A DNA stretch of 64,000 bases from Octopus vulgaris (Eukaryota): contig OX597817.1 in the NCBI GenBank assembly GCA_951406725.2, positions 92,442,001 through 92,506,000 of the forward strand. The letters are read 5' to 3'. A program made the position numbers and the translations under genes. The notes under the pieces are model-generated. The model was not told where the DNA came from and did not search any database. It was given only the letters and a program-made list of their open reading frames with translations. This document shows positions 55,265-64,000 of the stretch, in pieces. Numbering within the stretch: the first letter of the stretch is position 1; every line of letters starts with the position of its first letter.

Positions 55265-55265
55265 T
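55066..55265. repeat. (ACC)n(ACT)n trinucleotide microsatellite
   Basis: Direct observation. Confidence 0.95.
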
Positions 55266-57162
55266 TATATTACAAGAACCAATAACACTACTTGTTTTTC
55301 TTGCCAAACTTGTTCCATTTCTCGTCTTTGATGCTGGTTTAGTCATCCAGACTTTGCACCAATAGAATCACCAGAACGATGCCACATTATTAACTCTCAC
55401 TTCACATTAATATATCTCACCCCAGTCTCATTCCTGCAAACATCTGATAAATTGGTCAGAGTTTTACAAATTCTAAACTAACAACCCTTTTCCCACCCAA
55501 TATATTTTTGCCATCAAACACTTAGAAAAAGCCAACCCAGTTCCAAACAGTATCCTCTTATGTATGTCCCTCAATATCACACTATTAAAGTACCAAATAT
55601 AATCCTCCTATGTAAGTTCCTTAATTTAGAATTATTAAAGTCTATAATCTCCCTACCTTCAAGTGATTCTCATCCAACTATACAGTCCCTGGAGAAGACC
55701 ACCATCAAGGAGATGTGGAGTCAAAGTTATACTTTCTGAATGGTTGACTGACTTGCTAGAAATAACACCTAAATATTTTTCAGATCACTTTTTAACACTT
55801 TCAAAAGGAACACACTTGATAATGTGTTTTTAATAATATGTTTGAAGGAAAGACAGGATGGTTATGGCTAAGTCTTTGAGCACAGGTCTGTTTAATCAAG
55901 GCAGCAATTAACAATAGCAACAACTGAGAAGTGTTTATCTATCATGATATTTCTACAAGATGATAATAAGTGGGTTAATGATGCTTTTGTGCACTAAAAG
56001 CCCATTAGCACTTTTACTTCCTAAAGTGTTACGAAGATTTCAGATGTTTAGAATGAATAAGGTGAAAGAGTTCTTAAAATTTCAGACTGGTTGATTCCTG
56101 GGAAAGGTGGAAGAGAGAAGGCTGTATCTCTTGATAAGAGGTGGTTGTATCTCTAAATCCACCAGTAGAGTATAGATTTTAAGAGATTGATAGCAACAGA
56201 ATTTGTATCAATATCGTTTAATGTTTCCACCTACCACTCTAATACAACTAGCTCTTCCATCAATACACCATCAAATAAATTCCCTATATTCACTGTATAC
56301 TTCGCTTTAAATTCAACCCTTTATACACAATAAAATTCTTGTATTCTCAATCCTACATTTCACAGGAAAATGAATGCTAGAAGTGTTCCAGTGAAGCCAC
56401 AATCAGAAGATAGTAAACAAAGAAATTAGTCTAGATGATGTTTATATTACCACTAAAACAATAGGTCTCTGATCTTGCTATTAACCAAATTTTACTCAGC
56501 TTCAATCTTTCTGTGTGTTTCCACTCACAGAGAAAATACTAAGACGAGCAAATGCATCCTTAGGGTTACATAATATAATGTGTCATTAAGACTACATTAT
56601 CTAACTTGTTATTAAGACTATATTAAGACTATATATGTGTCATTAGGACTACATTATATAATGCATCGTGAACACTACATAATCTAATATGCTATCATGA
56701 TTCCATTATCTAATGTGACACTAGGACAGAACTAGAACCTGCTTTGACTGCAGCAAAGGCAGATGTCCAGATGGAATAATCCATTTTCTGTTCAGATAGG
56801 GCAAGTTCTTCATTTGGGACACCAAATATTGTGGCACATTTTCAAATGCCAAATTAGTTATTTTAGTTGGAAACATTGGTGTTGCTACTCTCCACACAGA
56901 TGAGTGAAGATAATTCTGTTAAAGTTAGAGTTCATGACAATCAGTGATGAACCATTTGGTGTCTTCAGTTTTCAGATTGCCTCTCTCCTCAGTCAAATTG
57001 AGCTGTGACCATTGTACATGAGGAAACTACACTTCTGATGTACAGTGCGTGATTGCAGTGGATATTGCTGGCTGTTCTTGTCTCCAGAGGATAGATGGGA
57101 CTAGTTACTCTACTGAAGATGTAGAATTTATAGTTTTCAATTAGTGCTCTGAATTTATATAG

Positions 57163-57195
<33 letters not shown>

Positions 57196-57228
57196 ATGTG
57201 TGCATGTACTCACACACACACTCACACA

Positions 57229-57270
<42 letters not shown>

Positions 57271-57353
57271 AATATTCGTATCATAAATACACACACACTC
57301 ACACATTCCCAAACACATACACTTGCTCGCACATGCACACAAACACACATACA

Positions 57354-57415
<62 letters not shown>

Positions 57416-57575
57416 TACACTCTCATTCTCTCTCTCACACTCTCACAGAGGGACATACACAGATACATTGGGTTTAAAAACAATGAAGCACCAAACAAAG
57501 CCTAAAACCTCTTAAACCAGTTTTTCAACCACCACAAATTTTTTCTCTTTCTCTTTATCTCTTATTCTTCTCCAG

Positions 57576-57636
57576 AAGGATTCTACTCCTTTGTTATTGT
57601 TCATCCACGACATGAAGACGGAGGAGATTTAAGGCC
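57576..57636 (+). CDS. Candidate exon 3 (EGFYSFVIVHPRHEDGGDLRP)
   Basis: ~35 nt pyrimidine tract with CAG; GTAAGT donor; the only open frame is the one required by exon 2. Confidence 0.55.
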
Positions 57637-57941
57637 GTAAGTCTTTATTATAAACACTGGATTTAAACTTTTTATTGTTTAAATTTAAAGCATTTGAAGT
57701 GAAGGCATGTTTTTAGTATGGTGGAAATTTTGTTGATAGTGGAAGAGATGAGCTGAAGAAGAAAGAGACAAACCTCAAAAGTAAACCCACTTTATTGTTC
57801 AGTGCAGTGTGAGCTCTTCAAACTATAGTGATATAGGATGGCTAGTTGTTGTTCAGCAGCCTCAAGTTCACTCTGACCAAATGGTCCTATGGTACAGTGG
57901 AGTTGGATGAACATTTAGGAGTGACCCTGATACATTATTCC

Positions 57942-58031
<90 letters not shown>

Positions 58032-58167
58032 GTCCGTCCGTCCGTCCGTCCGTCCGTCCGTCTGTCTGACTGTCTGTCTGACTGTCTGTCTGTCTGTCTG
58101 TCTGTCTGCCTACCTGTCTGTCGGTCTGTCGGTCTGTCTGCCTGCCTCTTGTCTGTCTGTCTGTCTA
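57942..58167. repeat. Compound tetranucleotide microsatellite (CTAT)n(CCGT)n(CTGT)n
   Basis: Direct observation. Confidence 0.95.
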
Positions 58168-58298
58168 TGGTGTGGCTGTGTGGTAAGAAGCTTGCTGCCT
58201 AACCACATGGCATCTTGGGCAAGTGTCTTCTATTATAGCCTCAAGTCAACCAAAACCTTGTGAGTAGATTTGGTAGACAGAAACTGAAAAAGCCTGTC

Positions 58299-58343
<45 letters not shown>

Positions 58344-60455
58344 ATATAATATATCAACCTAGACGAGATGCAGTTTTGTTTCGTGCCAGGGAAAAGCACC
58401 ACTGATGCTATATTTCTGGTGAGACAGCTGCAGGAGAAATACCTAGCCAAAGATAAAACTCTGTACCTGGCTTTCGTTGACTTGGAGAAAGCCTTTGACA
58501 GGGTCCCCCGATCCCTTATCTGGTGGTCAATGAGGAAACTAGGGATAGATGAATGGTTAGTGTGAGCTGTGCGTGCCATGTACAGGGACGCTGTTAGTAA
58601 GGTGAAGGTTGGCAACGAGTACAGTGAAGAATTCCGGGTGGAGGTTGGGGTCCACCAAGGCTCAGTCCTCAGCCCCCTCCTATTTATCATAGTCCTCCAG
58701 GCAATAACGGATGCCCATGGGAGCTCCTCTATGCTGACGACCTTGCTCTAATTGCTGAGTCACTATCAGAACTGGAGGAGAAGTTTCAGGTGTGGAAGCA
58801 AGGATTAGAATCAAAGGGCCTTAGAGTCAATCTAGCTAAAACCAAAGTCGTAATAAGTAGGAAGGTAGACAAATCTCAAACACCTTCAGGTAGATGGCCC
58901 TGCTCGATCTGTAGAAAAGACGTAGGTAGGAACTCTATAAGATGCACCAAGTGTAAGCTATGGACTCATAAGAGGTGCAGCAATGTCAAAGGAAGGCTAA
59001 CCAGGAAGATAGTTTTTGTATGTGGCAGATGCTCTGGTTCAATAAAGACTGAAGATGCGCAGAGACCATCTTCCGCCACATTCCAGGGAGAAAAACTTGA
59101 AATAGTTGATAGTTTCCGTTACCTAGGTGACCAAGTCAGTAGCGGGGGTGGGTGTGCTGAAAGTGTAATTGCTAGAGTAAGAATAGCCTGGGCAAAGTTC
59201 AGAGAGCTCTTACCTCTGCTGGTGACAAAGGGCCTCTCACTCAGAGTAAAAGGCAGACTGTATGATGCATGTGTGCGAACAGCCATGCTACATGGCAGTG
59301 AAACATGGGCCGTGACTGCTGAGGATATGCGTAAGCTCGCAAGAAATGAAGCCAGTATGCTCCGTTGGATGTGTAATGTCAGTGTTCATACCCGACAGAG
59401 TGTAAGTGCCTTGAGAGAAAAGTTGGACCTAAGAAGCATGGTGTGCAAGAGAGGCGTCTACGCTGGTATGGACACGTAGTAAGAATGGATGAAGATAGTT
59501 GTGTGAAAAAGTGCCACACCCTAGAGGTTGAGGAACCTGTGGAAGAGGTAGACCCAGGAAAGCCTGGGACGAGGTGGTGAAGCACGACCTTTGCGCTTTA
59601 GGTCTTACCGAGGAAATGACCAGAGACCGAGACCTTTGGAAGTATGCTGTGCGCAAGAAGACCCGGCAGGACACGTGAGGCCAGAACCCATGGCCCCTAC
59701 CTGGGATGTAGTCAGTCCACCTGTGCATACCTTCCTTCTTGGGACACTTGTGAAGACCTGTTGAGGCAAGTGAAAATCAAAATCAAAATCAAAATCAAAC
59801 CAAATCAAAATCGATGAACATCAATGGAATTTGCATCTTTGTGGTACCAGTGCCGGTGGCACATAAGAAGACCATCCGAACGTGGCCGTAGCCAGTACCG
59901 CATCGACTGGCCTCCGTGCTGTGGGCACGTAACAAACACCATCCGATCGTGGCCGTTCGCCAGCCTCGTCTGGCACCTGTGTCGGTGGCACATAAAAAAA
60001 ACACCATCCGAGCGTGGCCGTTCGCCAGCCTCATCTGGCACCTGTGTCGGTGGCACATAAAATCACCCACTACACTCTCGGAGTGGTTGGCATTAGGAAG
60101 GGCATCCAGCTGTAGAAACACTGCCAGATCTGACTGGCCTGGTGCAGCCTTCGGGCTTCCCAGACCCCAGTTGAACTGTCCAACCCATGCTAGCATGGAA
60201 AGCGGACGTTAAACGATGATGATGATGATGATGATGATGATGATATATATATGTATATGTTTGTGTGTCAGGGTTTCTTCCCCCACAATCACTTGACAAC
60301 CAATGTTGGTGTGTTTACATTCCCATAACTTAGCAATTCAGCAAAAGAAACCGACAGAATAAGTACTAGGCTTACAAAGAATAAGCCCTGTTGAGTTGTT
60401 TGACTAAAGGCAGTGCTCCAGCATGGCCACAATCAAATGGCTGAAACGTGTAAAA
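58168..60455 (+). mobile_element. SINE split by an RTE insertion (halves 58168-58305 and 60255-60455)
   Basis: The 5' and 3' halves of the 26456-type SINE flank the RTE, which sits in the internal (TA)n tract. Confidence 0.8.
58335..60244 (+). mobile_element. RTE-clade LINE, copy 3 (RT core to 3' end)
   Basis: STTDAIF..QEKY..AFVDLEKAFDRVPR, GVHQGSVLSPLLF, LYADDL, VNLAKTKV and FRYLG; one stop and small deletions; (gat)n tail. Confidence 0.95.
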
Positions 60456-60559
60456 AAATACATATATACATATATAAATAATTATACACACACAAACATA
60501 TCATCAGTAGTTCATATATAGGATAGATAAGCACACACAAAAAAAAATAGAGCAGATAT

Positions 60560-60860
60560 ACGATGGCCTAGTGGTTAGGGCAGCGGACTCGCGGTCGCAG
60601 GATCATGCTTTCGATTCCCAGACCGGGCGTTGTGAGTGTTTATTGAGCGAAAACACCTAAAAGCTCCACGAGGCTCCGGCAGGGGGTGGTGATCCCCGCT
60701 GTACTCTTTCACCACTCTTTCTCCCACTCTTTCTTCTGTTGGCCTGCTCGCTTAGCCAGCTGGGTGGCGTCATTCGAAGGCGAAAACAATGCGAACGCAT
60801 TGTGACCAGCGATGTGTAACAACATCTGATGGTCTGGTCAGTCACGTGATCACGTGATAT
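60560..60860 (+). mobile_element. Young tRNA-derived SINE
   Basis: A box tggcctagtgg and B-box-like ttcgattccc; homologous to 30130-30425. Confidence 0.88.
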
Positions 60861-62554
60861 ATATATTTATATATATATATATTACCTGCAGTAAAGAGTA
60901 AAGACATGAGCAGGAAGAGAAACATATATATATGGAAAGGAAAGACAGTGTGCAGTGACAATTGCAGAGCCTATAAGATTGAACACAACAAGAATGATGT
61001 TAGAAGATGAGTTGACCAGCACTTAGAAACAGAGACTGTTATACTATTAATCACATGAGATATAGTGTGATGGTCTAGGTATGCTGCATTCTCTTTAGAG
61101 ATATTGCTGTTAGGGTTGGTAGGTAGAAGTCTGATCAATTGATCTTGGGTTTCACCTGTTATAAGGATTGGTGAAGGTTAGCATTCTGTATCATTTTTTT
61201 TATTATGGAGCCCAGGGGAAAGATGAGAAAATGGTGGAGAAGATGAGGAGAGGGTACAGCCTGTAGTTTCTCAGAGCTTTCTTACATGAAAGATTTAAGT
61301 GGTATGTGCTATCAACCTGATAGCTTTTCTAGTTTGTGAAGCCTTCTGGATACTATTACAGTCATAGAGGCTGGACAGGTTAGTTGGTTTTCTCTAAATA
61401 ATTGGTTGACTACATAATTAGCTTGATCAAGTTTAATTAAATGGCTAAATGGATAGCTGATTAAACAAAATAGTTTAGTTTAATCAGTTGATTACTATTT
61501 ACTTTATCAGATCAAATTTTATCTGATCCATGAAAATAGCTGAATGATTTGGGAGGTTCAATAGCTATGGGGCAGCAACCATAGCAACAGCAGTAGTAGT
61601 AGTAGTAATAGTAGTAGTTTTTGTTGTTTAATTGCAGCTGAACCCTGATCAGACTGATAACCTCAGATGTGATTTGAGGGTGATGTAATTTCAAGTTGTA
61701 ACACTGAATAATTATGAAGTATTTTTGTAGCCCTTCATCTGCAATAGAGCTATGATAAATTCTACACAGCAACCAGATTTTCCTTAAATCATACTCTCTT
61801 GCTTTGAATAGGGAAGGACAGATAAATACTATATATATTTTGCTAGGTTGCCAGCATAAACTATTGGTGATATATCAAGATGAATGGAGGGCCAACAAGG
61901 ATGGAGACACTATTGAAGGACAAACCTAGAACAAACTAAATAATACTGGCATTAGAGAGGTGATCTGCGCAATTCTTATTCTGAGTTACTACCTTCTTAG
62001 ATGAGTCACCGATGATGTGATTTGTTGAGCTAATGTCTCCATTTCCTTTATTTATTTCTTCCTATTTTTGGCTTGGTTTTTATGGCTGGTTGTACTTCTT
62101 ACTCCCAAATACTTTTCAGTGCGTGGGTGTGTGTTCATGTGTGCGTGCGTGTGTGTGAGTGTGTGTGTTTGTGTGTATGTGTGTGCGCATGTGTGTGGGA
62201 TCACAGTTATTTGGAGAAAGAAGACAGGTGTTACTTCATAAAATGAAGTAACACCTGCCTTCTGTCTAATAAATTATATTGAGATAATTTGCAATGTAAG
62301 ATAGAATAAACATACAATTTAACTTTACTGTGAAAATGTATAAACTATTAATTTCTTTGTGAACAGGGGATGTTTAATCAGTTTTAGGTGAATGTTTAAC
62401 AAAACAAAATAATTTAAATAAATCAACCACTTTTTCTGCTCGTGGATAGACAAAACCTGTTGTGTGGTCACTTAATAGCATTCTACACCGAGAATAAATG
62501 TAATGTTTATTAAACAAATATCCCATAAATTTAAAATTATATATTCATCATTGT

Positions 62555-63005
62555 CGTCGTCGTCGTCATTGTTATAACATCCATTTTTCCATGCTTGCAT
62601 GGGTTGGGTGAAATTTGCTGAGGTAGGTTTCCTATGGCTGGATATGCTTCCAGTTACTACCCTCAACTGTTTCCAAGTAAGTTAATATTTTCCCATGACC
62701 AGGCATGTTTTCATTGAATATTGAGAAATGAAGGACACCCTGTGCATGTCAGTGACACTTGTTTAGAACTATCATGTGATGTCAAGGCAAAGAAGGTGAC
62801 AGTAACACATACATACATGCATGCACACATACCTACATTTAAACATGTATATACACATATGATGTGTTCCTTTCAGTTCCCATTTTCCAAATCACAAGGC
62901 TTTGGTAAACCCAGGGCTACAGTAGAAGACACTTTCCCAAGGTGGAACTGAACCCAGAACCATATTGTTTGAAAGCAAACTTCTTACCACAAAACTACAC
63001 CTGCA
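62555..63005 (-). mobile_element. SINE with RTE-derived tail
   Basis: Same head-plus-tail layout as 18935-19340. Confidence 0.7.
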
Positions 63006-63534
63006 TATATAAAGTTTACAAAAAGTAATATAGCTATTTCCGAGAGTTTTTACTTCTCTAATATTTACTGTAGCTGTCACTGGTAAAGCACAACTGCATT
63101 ATTCTAATGCATTCCTATATTTAAAGTAAAACTTTATAGATTAGAATTAGTTTGCTCAGTTGTTGCTTCATTACAAGACACATTTTCTGTCATGTTCCTT
63201 ATAAATTACATCGCGATATTTGTTTTTAAAATTAGAGAGATTGTTTCAAGTCATTCCCTGTAAGTTTCATTTTCTTTATACTTATTATTTCTTCCCTGCT
63301 TTTCCATGAATCTTTCGTCAATAATATTCCTACTTCATTGATGATAGAAAACTAGAAAACCACAATATGTTTTGAGTTGGTCAACATCTTATCATTTAAT
63401 GCAGTAAAGATATATTTTACAACAGTGTTGCTGCACTCACAGCTACTCTTTTACTGGTGTCACTTTAAGGCCCTTTGATTCCAGGTTTTGTTTCCATACC
63501 TGGAACTATTTTTAATTCTGCTTCAGATTCTGCA

Positions 63535-64000
63535 ATAAGAACAGATGAATAAGAGTGAACTAAGAACTGAGCCCTGGTGAACCCCTACTTGTATATTACA
63601 TTCATCACTGTATTCATGGCCGGCTCTCACCTTAATGACAGTACCATTGTACATGGCTTGTACGGTTTCAACAAGCCTCTCCTCTACTTCTAGCTTCCTT
63701 AGAGACCACCAGATAACAGAGCAGGGAACTCTGTCAAAGGCTTTCTCCAGATTGACAAAAGCTAAGTACAATGGTTTACTTTTGGCCATATACTTATATA
63801 CTTTTCTTGCAACTGACTCACCAGGAAGATGGCATCTATGATACTCCTCCCAGGAACAAAACCTAACTGCTTCTCATCTAGTTTAATTCTATTCCTAATC
63901 AATTGAGCTGTAACTCTCTCCATAACTTTCATGACCTGGTCCAGCAGTTTGATACCTCTGTTGTTGTTTCTATCTAAAGTATCACCTTTACCCTTGTAGC
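63535..64000 (-). mobile_element. RTE-clade LINE RT fragment, copy 4 (runs off the window)
   Basis: LYLAFVNLEKAFDRVP..GVHQGSVLSSLLF. Confidence 0.9.

Noticed and set aside
54883-55365. Poly-Thr (mucin-like), poly-Leu and poly-Val ORFs
   Set aside because: Pure (ACT)n microsatellite with no splice or homology support.
60560-60630. tRNA gene
   Set aside because: The A/B boxes belong to a SINE head; there is no complete cloverleaf and the sequence runs on into SINE body.

Overview
AT-rich, microsatellite- and transposon-dense eukaryotic DNA. The SINE/RTE/Penelope repertoire strongly resembles Octopus (cephalopod) genomes (inference). The first 7 kb holds the last four coding exons of a HECW1/2-type HECT E3 ubiquitin ligase (+ strand), followed by a probable ~4 kb 3' UTR. 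The rest is mostly mobile DNA: mariner/maT fossils, four copies of an RTE-clade LINE (one with a PHD-type zinc finger inside the RT region), CR1-like and R4/Dong-like LINE ends, a Gypsy pol relic, a solo LTR, a composite Helitron, piggyBac-type MITEs and many modular tRNA-derived SINEs. There is also a dense cluster of Penelope-like elements (Naiad-like and Neptune-like) with about nine type I hammerhead ribozyme motifs and several fold-back mini-elements in or beside (TA)n tracts. A candidate gene invisible to the ORF track (three in-phase micro-exons at 50.8, 52.8 and 57.6 kb) may encode a small secreted protein that I do not recognise. All identities and alignments are by eye; no computation was run.
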